A stretch of 64,000 nucleotides of DNA, taken from NCBI GenBank assembly GCA_030704615.1, contig CM060733.1, positions 4,588,001-4,652,000 on the forward strand, written 5' to 3'. Below are positions 12,301-24,783 of the stretch, in pieces. The DNA is from Takakia lepidozioides. Taxonomy: Eukaryota; Plantae; Bryophyta. A model generated the notes under the pieces. It was not told the origin of the DNA. It saw only the letters and a program-made list of their open reading frames with translations, and searched no databases. The stretch's first letter is position 1. The number at the start of each line of letters is the position of its first letter. A program made the translations under genes and the position numbers.

Positions 12301-14430
12301 TTGCCTCTTTTTAACGACATCAGACAGCCCAATTTCGGCATCATCACACTGTCTCTACCCAGATCTGCCTCCATACTCCTATCTCAAACTCTTCCACGGA
12401 AGTGAATCAGTATCCCTCTCGGAGAGCAGTTGAGATTGGGCCTTTACGATCTAATCCGCGTCCAATTTTAAGACTGGTTGTGACTCATCGACTTGCCCAG
12501 CTGATTCACTCCAGATCGTCTTTGCTCTGTTGGGCGATGAAAAAATATTGGGAGGGCCATTGCCTAAGACATCAGGGTGTGTGGAGCGTCTGTTTGCAGA
12601 CCAGTGTAATCTCTTTGGGTTTGAGTGGTACTGTTTCTGCCTCCTCTCTTTCATATCATTGGAAGCAACAGCAGTAGTAGGAAGAGCATAACTGTCTCCT
12701 TCCTTTCCATGTAGGTACAAAGCTCATAGATCCATCAAACCATTCAGAGCAAAAACAGCAGTAGTACTTGTATAAAATCAACACATACAAACTGATTTGA
12801 GGTTTGCGATAGCTCAAAGCCTCACACCCTTAGTCTCTTGCCCTTAGTAGCATTTCCTGCAACAAAAGAAGGTGAAGTGGCCTCACCTGGATCCATCACA
12901 GCCAACCAACAAACCAACAGCTTAGTGATCCCTGTGGCACCCTAGGCTTAAACCACTTCACATTTATTATCAATTTCATCCCTGCAGCTAGCAAAGAGGA
13001 GAGGTAAGAGAGGTCCTTTTCGCCATTTCACAACTTAACAGCACGGAAGGTGTTACTAGAGCCAAGTACTCAAGAAATGGGACACATAGAGGCCTTTGTT
13101 AAGTATTCATAGATTCAGAATAGAGAACCCGCTTGTGCGGCGCTAAATTGCACAGACTGCGCTTTCTTTCGTACCTATTCGAAATATGCTTCCCAGACCA
13201 GCAATACTAACGTGAATCAGTGGAACTTGAATGCCAAGCAGGGAAAAACAGTCCGAAGAAAATGGATTATATTTCGGATCGGAAGAAAGGAAGCGTACTG
13301 TCAAGAAGATGATCAAGATCGTCGTGCGAGCATCTGCGTCCGCCATTGTGGACTGCTCCTTGCAAGCAGCGATCTGCAGATGTCCGTTAGCATATTCCTC
13401 ATCAGAAGCATATCGTCGATGACGGCTGGAGACTCTTCCGTCAATAAAGTATATATTTTATGACTGCGACGGACAATTCCCATCTAGGTCATGTGACAGC
13501 CACGTGTAACGTAATCCGCGGTCTTCAGATTTAAACCTGCCACGCGGCGATAGGCCTCTCTGCCACTTGGAGAAAGCTGCGGGACGCCAGGTGGGCACTT
13601 GTGAGGTGGCTCCCCGTTCGTCTTGGAGAAGTTAGAACCGAAGCTTGGGGTGACGGCCCTTACATACGCGTCGCTCGGTGATTCATCGTCGATCCCCCGC
13701 CTGCCGCTCCAGCAGCACCTTGTTTCATCTCGAGAGTCGAAGATTTGTGATCGAAAAAGTGTGAGGACGCTGCATTCCTTTCGCAGTTGAAATGAGATGC
13801 AAGTTCCAGAGCCCGAGAGTTGCTCGCAAGATTCGCATATGGCAGACGTCAAACGGTAAGCGGGTTATATGTAGCCCGGATTCAAATATGGATCTCAGAA
13901 GCTTGGACAGCTGTCCATGCAGCACCCGAGGACCGGGTTCGAGGTCCCCACACGTCACTCGATGGAAGGCACGCTTGCTATGGAGCGTTAAGTAGAGGTC
14001 TCCGCTCCCTCTCTCTTGACTCCCGAATGTAAGTCGAGCTTCCGAACGGGATCTGTGTAGCTCTTCTCTCTTGGACCAATCAACCGGCATCACGGTATAG
14101 CTGTGCACAGTTCAGATTGAATTTGGGCGGTGTAGATTATTGAATCCCCAGATCAGGGAGAACCAGTTTGCGTTCGTTGTCGATTGTAATCTGGAACATT
14201 CTAAGAGATGGAGTTCAAATCTTGATTACCTGCATGCCTTTCCTGTAGACGGAGGTCGAGGAAGCATTCTGTAGCTTCTTTTTATTTGTATCATACTCAG
14301 CAGCACCAATTTGGGCAGCAGCATCCGTCTTCACAGTGCATTGTGTTGTAATCCCAGGCCTGTCCAGGCACTTTGAATTTTTACGGAACAAAAGCACATA
14401 GTAAGCTTCTTATCAGGAAGAGTGAGATAG

Positions 14431-17273
14431 ATGACAGGTGAAGGTGTAGCCGATATGCAGCCGTGGGGCAAGCTCTTAAGGAAGCAGATGATAGCGGGTG
14501 GGCTTGCAGGCATGCTTGCTGATGGTGTCATGTACCCCATGCTGACTGTCAAATCCCGCCTCATGGTTTGTCCCGCTTCTTCTCTCCCTTTTCTCCCTCT
14601 CTCTCGCCCTACATAGTAAGAGATCTGGTGCAGATAAGTACTACTTGTTGTTGAGCTCTTTCTCGAATATGTCAGGGAGTACTTAGTGTGTTGGAGTCTG
14701 ATTTGAGGAACGTTCGTTTGTACCTAGGGAATCTCTGTGTCACTCCCTAATGACTATAGAGCCATAATGTGACAGCGAGATTCAAAGCTGGATCTGCTCG
14801 AACATGTCAACCTCTCATCTCACGTGCCCTTCCTGCTCTGGGTGAATTGACGACATTCGACCTAGATGTCCAGAGTGTAGTTTCTAATTACTCTTTCCTT
14901 CCCAACTCCTTAGCAGGAAAATGATATGTAGATCTGTCCAAGTTAACAAATTGGTTACAGTGATATCAAAGAGACTGCTGGGTGTTTGGGCAGGTGCAAG
15001 GAGGGGGTGGTGGGGCAGCAGCGTTGTACATGTATAAAGGGCCAGCTCAAGCTCTATACACCATAGCTTCCAAGGAGGGCTGGCGCACACTTTACAAGGG
15101 CTATGCTACAGTATCACAAACTGCACCGGCACAAGCCCTCTACATGGCTACTTATCAAACTGCAAAGAGGGAACTTCCTGGTATTCTTTTCATCCTTTGC
15201 CTGCAGTTCTCATGGGGCTCTTCTGGATTTTCGGAGGACAATAGATGAGCGGAAGACCGTGCCGTGGGCACTTCTAAACAGTTTGACCTCTCCTTTCCAC
15301 TGTCTGAATTGCTCAAAATTTCTGCCCGGAATACCTATCGTCCACTCCTATGTTGATGTAGATACCCGCATTCAGTACAAACGTTCAATAAGTCCTACAA
15401 GACTGATGTGTGTCGCTTGGTGTATGGAGGATGTCCCCTCCGAGTCTGCGCACCTCTCTCTGTTTGCTCTGAACAGAATCAACTTCATTTGAAGTCCTGC
15501 AGCTACCCTCATCCGTGACCCACCTTTGCTCCCTTGTCTGCTGGGTGGTCCACAAGGCTCTGACAAGCGAAGGCTGATTAGGACATCATTGTCTTTAGCG
15601 CGCATAAGATTGCTCCCTCAAGCTCTCTTTGGCAATTATTCCCCCTGAACTTGTGGTTTTTGAATCTCTAAATTGCAGGGTTCTTATGGCCAGATATTGT
15701 TGGGTTTAGGTGGACCAGATAATCCGATGGTGCAGTTTGTTGGCGGTTTGCTGGCAACACTTACGCAATCATCAGTGAATGTGCCCGTGGAGGTGATCAG
15801 ACAACGCCAAATGGTTCAAACAAGTGGGGAGGGCGCTTATCAGGTCTGAACCTTTTGTACCGGTATATTGAAATAACATCGTGATACATGTCTACCTTTC
15901 GTAAGCATTCCGTTAACATCTGCATAGTCATTACTGTCTCCTAGGACACTTGTAGACCTCTGTTACTCGTCTGCATTCATGAACTCAGGACTCAAGTCAA
16001 GCTCAGCTATGATGTAGAAGGAGGGGCACGAATCTAAGAGAAAGATATCTCAAGAGAAACTTTGTAACATCCGCAGGAAGCTCAAAGATCTCCTCGGGAA
16101 AAGGAAAATAGACAACAAGATATAGAAAGGAAAAGTAGGCGCCAACAACCAGCGGTCAATGGGCACATTCGTTTGTTATTTGCTGTAGGAGACAGAGTCT
16201 GATGAAGGAGGGAGGGTGTGAGGTTGCTGATCCCTTATCTCACATTTGCAACTGAATGGGCAGGGCTCTTTGCATACGGTCAGAAGCATATACCACACCG
16301 AAGGCATAGGTGCCTTCTACAGAGGGTTTCTCCTCGCCCAGCTGGTGTGGGGGCCCTACAACGCAGTGTATTTGCCACTGTGGGAGGCTAGCAAACGAGC
16401 TTGCGTATGGTATTCAGGGGCCGAGTCTGTGGAAAAGCTGGACGTTCAGTATGAGCTCGCCAGCTCCTTCTGCAGTGCCGCATTCGCTGCTGGACTCACC
16501 AACCCCGTGGTTTGTCTCTCTCTCTCTCCACTATATGTTTATAAGTCCGACTTTTAGCGTCTGTTCCCTCTTGTTGGGCGCGGGGTCTATGGCCACAAAG
16601 CTACTGCAAACAACATCTTATGAACTCGTACCTTGTCTCCACTTTGTAACATGGCCAATAGCACATGCGGTTTCCTGAGATGAAAATTTAACCCTTTTGT
16701 GCATTTCCCTTTGGTTGGACTGTTTACTTCTCCCCTCTGTCCTCTCCCACCCACACACCTGCCCCCACCCCAAAAAAATTCTCCCTTCCTCCCAACAAGG
16801 CCAAAATTGACGGATCTGGAGCTGTCCAAATTGCCATGGAACATGTTCAGAGGTTTCCCTTTGGGGTGCGTTGATGGATACTTGAACTTTGCATTTGTCT
16901 ATGACTGCTGAACATAAATGGCATAGCTTTAGACTACCCAGACGTATGAAGAGTGATGCAAGGAGGTTACTAGCAAGTCGATATTTCATTTCAATGTTGC
17001 TCAAGATGCCTGACAGTCAACTGACCATCGCCCTAATTCCACGTTATACATGTACAGGATGTCATCAAAACAAGGTTGCAAGTTCAGGGCAAGAGTAATG
17101 TAAGAAACAGCACTCAGTATGATGGTGCCTGGGATGCTGCGCGCTCCATCTACCGACAGGAAGGGGCCAGGGGCTTCACACGGGGCATTACATCTCGCAT
17201 GTTGTGGATCGCACCTTCATCCATGATCATGTTCACTGCCTACGACCAGCTCATGAAACAATTATCTCTATGA
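14431..17273 (+). CDS. Mitochondrial carrier family (SLC25/MCF) protein, 5 exons (14431-14565, 14994-15180, 15710-15843, 16264-16509, 17058-17273)
   Basis: Three carrier repeats with signature motifs PMLTVKSR, PVEVIRQR and PVDVIKTR, plus EGWRTLYKG, EGIGAFYRG and EGARGFTRG. Splice sites are in phase. Confidence 0.9.
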
Positions 17274-18029
17274 TTTCGCAGCAAAGAACGAGTGGGTGCG
17301 CTTGCTAAAAACCTACAAATGAGTGGAAAAATATCGCATCCTGAACGTGGCTGCGCTTTCAACTCTAAGATTTTACCAAGATTGCAATGTTGACAGCCCT
17401 GTGGCCGCATCTTCGAGTTAAGTAGGAATGGGATCAGGGCTTGCCAGCGCATAAATGATACGAATGGTTTCAAGGATTTCGAACTCCCGAGCGCATTAGC
17501 TCGAGGCATTTTTCAACATTCTTGAAAAGATTCTGCCATGGCCCAATATTGCTGTGGCGATGTAATGTGCAATTTCAAATGAAAAATGGGTTTCCAATCG
17601 GCAGCTCCCCCATGCATCAAAGGGCAGATCTGAACGCCCCAAATATAACATCCCAAAGAATTCAAGTATCAACTATCAACCTTAAAGGACACAGCTATTT
17701 TGGTAGGCCCACTAAAACATACTGCATACCCTCATGGATAAGGGTGTAACTTCCACCAATCATCCATGGGGATGACCCATATATGTATACGCATATCTAT
17801 TACATCCACGTCCGGTTAAAAGCGTAGGTAATTTGACATTGAATTTGGGAAATTATAACAAGGGCCAAACCGCGAGAAGCTTTGTCCATTGAAGCAACAA
17901 TTTTGACAAGCTGCCACATTTTTTGACCAATCATACTCCGTTTACCACATTTTTTCCATTGACTTCAACATGATGCAAAGTCTCTACCCTGAAGGGAGAA
18001 AGCCAGTGTTCTATGGTATGGACATGGTC

Positions 18030-18665
18030 CTGGTACCAGACTATCACAAAACTTTCATACCAGTCTGGTCTATATAATGGTGGATGTATTTAATCCAGAT
18101 ACTGCATAAGTGTGAGTATCATGACCACAACACCTGCTGGTATGAGATATGAATTCTGGTATCATTCCAAAGCCATAGTGAATTTCAAGTTTATCAAATA
18201 GCAAGTATCAAGTGAAAACAAATACAATACAAATAAAGAAAGAAATATATATAAGTACAAGTATGTAGGCATATGTATACATAAATTAGTATAGTACACA
18301 TACCAGAGTAAATGAGGAAGACAGCGGGGAGTACTGATATTGTAGCTGGTATGAAAATATATATATATTTGACGCCTCCCGAAGGAAGTGTAAATTATGG
18401 TGTCTCTTCACCCCCAAGGGTTAATGCCTTCCGCTAGGAAGGTGGACATTGTGACACCAGTTGGTGCATTGAACCCACAACCACTTCCGAGGTGGTATGT
18501 GCCCATTACCAATGGGCTACAACTTGGTGTCGGGGGAAAACTGATACGAGCCTGGTCTGGTATATGACCAAGTATTCTCCCAAATGATACCAAACTGGTC
18601 TGGTATTTAATACCAGTGCATATACCAGTACTTCATACCAGTCCCTCACCTATATACCAGACCAG
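18030..18665. repeat. Region rich in ATACCAG/CTGGTAT motifs in both orientations (MITE/DNA-TE subterminal-like)
   Basis: More than ten ATACCAG/CTGGTAT-like motifs, clustered at both ends. A similar patch lies at ~60030-60200. Confidence 0.4.
18453..18531 (-). repeat. tRNA-like / SINE-head repeat, copy 1
   Basis: A-box-like TAGCCCATTGG and B-box-like GGGTTCAAT; folds into a cloverleaf-like structure. ~68 bp is shared with 21751-21818. Confidence 0.55.
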
Positions 18666-19674
18666 TTGTAAGTTGAAGGTACATACATAGTTGAAAGTAC
18701 ATCAATGCACATCCATTTCTATGGGTTCTTGTGTCTTGAGGAGGAATAGCAAATTGCTACAACGAAAAGAATAGTTTTGGGTCATGGTCTTGTCCATGGC
18801 AGATGAAATTGCTTACATACATCTTTTTATTTTGTCGTGTCCTTCAGGTTGATCGACTTTTGTACTCGTCAGCAATCTATCCGCATAAAAGGTATTTTCT
18901 GCTTCACCTCTCCATTCTTTGTACTTCACTTTGATCCTACACTCACACCTGGACACTAAGAATGGTCACACCTGCCAAAAATTGATGACCCCATTTCATG
19001 ACTTTTCAGGACAGACAATGATCTGTCTTAAGTTGTCTTTAAGTCTGAACCAAGACTACTAAACCGATTGCTATTGGAGAGAATGCTTCCTTCATGAACA
19101 TATGTACCTTATTTTGCCTCATGTCTATTGGCAAATTGTTCTCTATTTCTCAATACAAGAACTAAGCTAGCAAGCTTGGTCACCTGAAAGCAGCAACTTA
19201 TTTTCTTTGGATGCTTAAAACGAGAATTGAGGAAGTACATAAGAGTTTTTGTTTCAAATACCTGGTCAATCGTAGGCATAAGACAAATTAGGATGATATG
19301 ATCCAAATACTCTTAACAACGGATATAGAATCTCAGGTTTACTGGTTTTACAAACTGTGTATGGAAAATAAATCATTATTTGTCATTCAAAACGTTAGGC
19401 TAAAGTACTCACACAGTTGAAAGCTGAAGGTGCGTCGGGCCCTGTAGATTATGAACAAGACTTCCACATTAGAACAGTCAAAACAGATAAGATTGACAAG
19501 AGCATTTGGTAGAAACGCCTTCGATGACAGAAATAAATAAATAAATAAAATGAGAGAAGATAGTTAGATCCCACCCACTTGAAATTGCTGACATCAAGTA
19601 CCATGGCATGCAGGTTCTTTTACAAGAGACACCACGAAAGCTATCAACCAAGACACAAGAGAAAGAAATCTCAC

Positions 19675-19745
19675 AAATTTCCAGGTCATGCCATGGATGT
19701 GCTGCAATGGAGCACCGATCCATGGATTCGAGGATCCGTTTGTAA
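19675..19745 (-). pseudogene. Isolated exon fragment of soluble inorganic pyrophosphatase
   Basis: RILESMDRCSIAAHPWHDLEI followed by a GT donor matches the plant PPa motif (RIL.S..R.SVAAHPWHDLEIG). No other intact exons seen. Confidence 0.7.
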
Positions 19746-21750
19746 TGAATCACCATTCAACAATCCTAAATTTTCAAAAACTAGATCTAGGATTTTGTTT
19801 CTCAGGTCCTACAAATGGCGGCAGCCTCCCTAGACGACTGTATATAAGAGGAGTTCTATCACGCGATAAGTACAAGGAACCCACCCAAACCTCACATAAT
19901 TTAATGAAGATTGATGTGACGATTTAAACCACACGAGAAAAAACCATCTGTGGCTCTAGTTTCCAACCACACTGGTTAAACTGAATACTCATCTGGTTAT
20001 TCATCTGCATATAGCCGGTATGGCAATCCTCCTCGCAGATATGGAGGATCCTACATTTGTCCTTACACCCCTCGTGACTCTTATAGCGTCCATACAGTCC
20101 CCCTTACAAATTTTGCTGAGCAATTAACGCGAAGTTGATCTTTCTTTCATGGATGGAAGATAGTATCAATCATAAACTTGTTACGATAATTCTGGACAAT
20201 TATGAGCATATAGATGATACAGGCTGATCGCGGCTATTCAAATAAATTACAGCTTCCATGGTCAGCAACAAAATTGTTGTGTTACTCAAAGATTATGGTC
20301 GACTGTTGAGGTCGTTCTCGATGAGGATGATCGTGAGTGGAAGATACCTCAGAATTGTTGCAAAGCTCCTGACCATAAGATTTAGTTGAAGACTTGCAGG
20401 GAGAGACATGATTTATGGAAATTTGAACTTGTAACTGACATTTGATTTTGTAGACAAACACTTGTAGATCAGTAATCATAATACCAGTGTTGAGATTTCT
20501 GAGATTGTCACTTTGGCACGCTGCATACAAATAGATGCATGAAGTTTCACCTTCTGCACGTTCCCGTCTCTCTTCACGATTTGGATCGCGTCTCTTTCGT
20601 TTCAGACTGCAGTCTATGACTCCACTGGAGCACACGATAATCCCTATTTCGTTGCAAGTTGCGTGGCCCTAAATTAAAGATCTTGCCCCGCCGTTTTCCA
20701 TTCCACGTGGTCAATTCCATGTGGTCCATTCCCCGTAATGCCCTTTGGCTTTTCATCCTTTGTATTTTGACCACACCTCCCATGAGGGAATGTCCTGCCA
20801 GGATGTGGCCTTCCGGACCGGACGCCACGTGCATGTATCTCAAGAACACGAACGGAAGGTCTCACTACCTTTCGTTTTAGGGAACGGAAGGCCTATCTTC
20901 CGAATCACGGAACAGAAGGTTCTAATAACGAGTTCATCGTAAAATCAACTTCAAATTCAGTATTTTGTGAGTTTTGGCACAAACCAATTAAAAGAGCCAG
21001 TCCTTTCCATTATAGTATTGGATCTTTACAAAAGGTCCTTAAAAAGTAAAGTCTATCCAATCCCTCCGCAAGTTGCAAGAGAAATTAAGGAAACATTTGG
21101 AATCAGAAACTGTTACTAAATTGCAAAACAAAGGTCCAACCTAGCCTAAGAGGCCATTTTATCTGACCTTGATCGATAGTCTGCTGCCAGCAAGGGCATA
21201 TGTACCAAATTTTGTCCACATAGTCCAAATCAAATCAGCTAAGCTCTAGTAGTCCTACTTAGTAAGATCTTTCAATAGATGTGTGGTAGATGGATCAGTT
21301 ATATTCAGTGTAATATTGTAGTTTGTAAGATTCTGGAAGTAGTGCCCGACGTTTGAGCTGTTGTTGCTGACCGAGGATGTAGTACCCAATTCCAGATTCA
21401 GTTTCTCACATCTTTCACGGTACTTGAAAAATGCATCATCTACCTCTTTCAATAAAGCAGGGTCAGACCAAAAATCATCGTCACCCCACATATTGGCATT
21501 CTTGTGCTTCATTTCATTCTGTGCCTTGACTACCAGTGGTGGTACAGAAACATCCTGCGATACTCCAGATCCGTAATTGTTGCAGGTAGTCTTACCATGA
21601 TCTGTAGCAGCAACTGCATGGTTGATATCGTCAGTTGATGCAGAAAATGTTTCTTCAACCGGATATGTTGGACCCACACATAGACAAGCTTCCACAAAAG
21701 TAGATGGTGTGGATGGTGCATTAACCTGATCCAATATATTTGGACTCCTT

Positions 21751-21818
21751 TGTGACACCATTCGGTGGATTGAACCCACAACCACTTCCGAGGTGGTATG
21801 TGCCCATTACCACTGGGC
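21751..21818 (-). repeat. tRNA-like / SINE-head repeat, copy 2
   Basis: GGCCCAGTGGTAATGGGCACATACCACCTCGGAAGTGGTTGTGGGTTCAATCCAC; near-identical to 18453-18519. Confidence 0.55.
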
Positions 21819-22160
21819 CCTTGACCAATGTCCATACTCACCACATGTATGACATCTGGTTATCTTCTTCAATATGTCAAGCTTGTCAAAGACAAAAAGA
21901 AGAATAACAGCATAGCACAGCAGAGTCGTAGAGAATGATACATTTGTAGCGACTACAGTAGTATGCTGTGAAGAACCAGTTGAAAAGTCAGGAGTGTTTT
22001 TTAGCGGAATTAGCTATGTCCAAGCAAGTGATGAGGAATCGGGGTATGCTGATAGTGTAGCCACACAACACATGACAGACAAGAAATATTGGTTTCAGAA
22101 TCTTGAGACAAACCAACCTGGGAAATGGGGAGTGAAAGTTGTCAATGACAACATTGTCTG

Positions 22161-24783
22161 TGTCATGGTTTTAGTCATGGTTATCTAGAATTACCTACTT
22201 CTAGTTAACTAGGACATTTTAGATATTTATATTTATATTTTGTGTGTTGGGACCTCATTTGGTCTCACATGCCAAGTGAGGTGTCGAGCCTCACTTGAGA
22301 CATGGAGATAGGTTTTCCCCTTGTGAGTATTGAGGAGGCTCATCTTCTTGTAGTTGAGCCTCCATGAGCCTCTCCCACCTCCATAGCTCTAGGTATTGAG
22401 AGGGAGTGTGGTGAGGGCTTTGTAGGGTGGATTCCTTTAGCAAAGGTGCCCTTGGCTTGACTTCGTTTATGTGATTGAGTGGATTCATGAGTGGAGTGTT
22501 TCCATTGTGTGTTCACTTCCATTATCACTACAAGAAGATCTCCTTATGCTTGTGAGTGCGGAGTGTAAGGGTTAGTTTAGCACTTGTGTGTTGGAGAGAG
22601 CTTGGTAAAGAGTTCTTGTGTTGCAAGGTGTTGCAAGGTGTTGCAGGTTTTGCAAAGGAAAATCCTTATGGCGTGAAGAACATGGATGTTAGGGTTTGAG
22701 AAGCATTACTTTGCTCTATAGAGGTGGAGAGCTTTTGAAAAGAGCTCTTGCATCACAAGAGAAGCATCTTGTGTGTGGAGAAGATAGACACTAGGGTTTT
22801 AAGAGCAAGCTCTAGTTGTTCATGGTGTGAAAGAGAAGCCAAAGAGCCGCACATGCTTGGGTTGGAGTAGAAGGAGTACAACAAGGGTAGCTTGAGGAGC
22901 ATTGAGTAGCTCAAGAGAAGCTAAGAAGTGGTTGTTCTATCCATGGTGAAATGAAACCAAGTGGGGTTTTATTTTGTTGACAAACAAGCAAGAATGCGGC
23001 GCTAGAAGGGAGTGCTTTTGGTAGTTCTATGAGTTCTTGGATTGCTCTTGGTGAAGCAAGTGGTTGACCGAGCAAGTGGCGCATGTGTGGGGCGCTTTCC
23101 AAGTGTGGCTTCCAATTCAAGCTTGAAGAGAGCTAGAAGGTGAAGTGAGCAAGTTCATTACTTGTGTATGAGGTGGTGCATGTTGTGGAAGAAAAGCCAA
23201 GGAGCTACATAGGCTAGAGCTTGAAGACAACAAAAGCAACCACTTGGAGAGCATCAAGAAACTCAAGATGACTCCAAATGGAAGCATGTGGGTGAGAATT
23301 CTATCCATGATGATGTGAAACCAAGCCTAGAGTATTGAAGAGCTTGGAGCACATGTGGGAGATCATTGGAGGTGGTCTTCATGTAGAAAGGAAATTGTGG
23401 CTCATGGCATGCATAGCAACTTCAACCATACATTAGCATGTGACAAGACAAGGAAGGGGAAGGTGAAGCTCATGTATTCATTCCCTTTTTGCTTAAGTTT
23501 TGTGGTGGATGGTTGATCAAGCAAGTGATGCTTATGTGGAGCATGCTCTTTAGGGCTTGTGACTTCAAGTTTGAGAAGATGAGCTCTTGAATAGAGGTTG
23601 GATACACATTATGATGAATGAAGAGAACACCTAGGTCAAGAGGTGGAAGTGTGTGTGACTAGCCCATGCAAGGGAAAGCACATAGAAGATGGCATACAAA
23701 ATTCAAATTCAAGCAAGGCTTGGCGCTTGTCATTGGGCACATTAGCTTGCTATGAGTTCCAAGGAGATCAAGAGGAACTTGTCAATTTGAGATGAATGCA
23801 TTGCAAAGTAAGATAATGCAATCTTGCATGCATGTTAGGGGGGAAGATACCATGAAGAAGGTGTTTCTTACTATACTCTACAAACCCTAGTCTCCATACT
23901 CTTCAAGAAACTGTGTATGGGCTCCCTCTGCCCATCATACACTTTTGTGAACAGTGTATGGAACCCCTCTGCCCAACATACACTTTTGTGAACAGAGTAT
24001 GGGCCCCCTCTGCCCAACATACGTTTTTGTGAACAGTGTATGGGCTCCATCTGCCCCACCATACTTTTTTGAGAGCAGTGTATGGATACCAGTGGAGAGA
24101 CTTTGCCTACCATACGTTTTCATTAAAAGTGTATGACATCTAGGGTGTATCTGGAGGAGTATTGCCTTTGGAGGATCTTTGGGGGGTCCTTTGAGGAGGT
24201 TCTGTAAGACACTTGAAGAGCTCTTGCAGGGGTGTTTGGAGGACTGTTTGGAGGACTATTGGGGGTCCTTGAAGACCAATATTTGGCAAACATTTGGAGC
24301 TTTGGAGGGCTATTTGGAGGACTATTTTGGGGTCCTTGGAGGCTAATATTTGGCGAGCTTAAGGAGTCTTTGGCAACTTGTCTGAAGGACTTTTTGGGGT
24401 CGTTGAGGGCCAAGATTTGGCAGGCTTTGGGGGCCTTAGTGAGATTGTTTGAGAGACATATTCTTGAGGGCTCTTGGAGAGTTATTTGAGAGACCCTGGA
24501 AGATAGTTATGTTTGTTGGTCATGAGCAAGAGCGTTTAGAGATAGGGGGAGACTAGTGGGATGAGAGCATTCTGGGATTAGGAATTGCTTTACTCTCTCT
24601 TCCCCGTAGTCTTCCAGCCTCTATGTAGGCCAAAACTTTTCCGTAGGTGGAGGCAAGAGTCAGTCCGGGTTTGGGCTGGGGTGTCCTTGCAGGAGCGACA
24701 TTGTGGAGTGTTTTTTTTGGTGTGGGGGGGTTACTGTCTTGATTTTCTTGTATTTGGATCCCCCCCACACCTGCATGCTTGAC
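22161..24783. repeat. Non-coding, strand-biased (G/A-rich) LTR-like or TE-derived segment
   Basis: Begins TGTCA and ends ..TGAC at the junction with the next element. No credible ORF; contains internal minisatellites. Boundaries are uncertain. Confidence 0.35.
23893..24136. repeat. ~41-bp tandem minisatellite, 5-6 copies
   Basis: Unit approx. CATACACTTTTGTGAACAGTGTATGGGCCCCCTCTGCCCAA with internal inverted repeat CATACAC..GTGTATG. Confidence 0.8.

Noticed and set aside
13143-13346. Small minus-strand gene starting MADADARTTILIIFLT with a GT donor
   Set aside because: No convincing downstream exons or recognisable family.
18453-18531. Functional tRNA-Pro(CGG) gene
   Set aside because: Arm geometry is non-canonical (long D-stem, no variable loop, short T-arm) and the sequence is unlike plant tRNA-Pro; kept only as a tRNA-like repeat.
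21255-21785. 176-aa minus-strand ORF as a gene
   Set aside because: Its start lies within the tRNA-like repeat and no domain is recognised; probably a TE tail.
22161-24783. 5' LTR of the methyltransferase-Gypsy
   Set aside because: The second copy lacks it; homology stops at 24782-24784.
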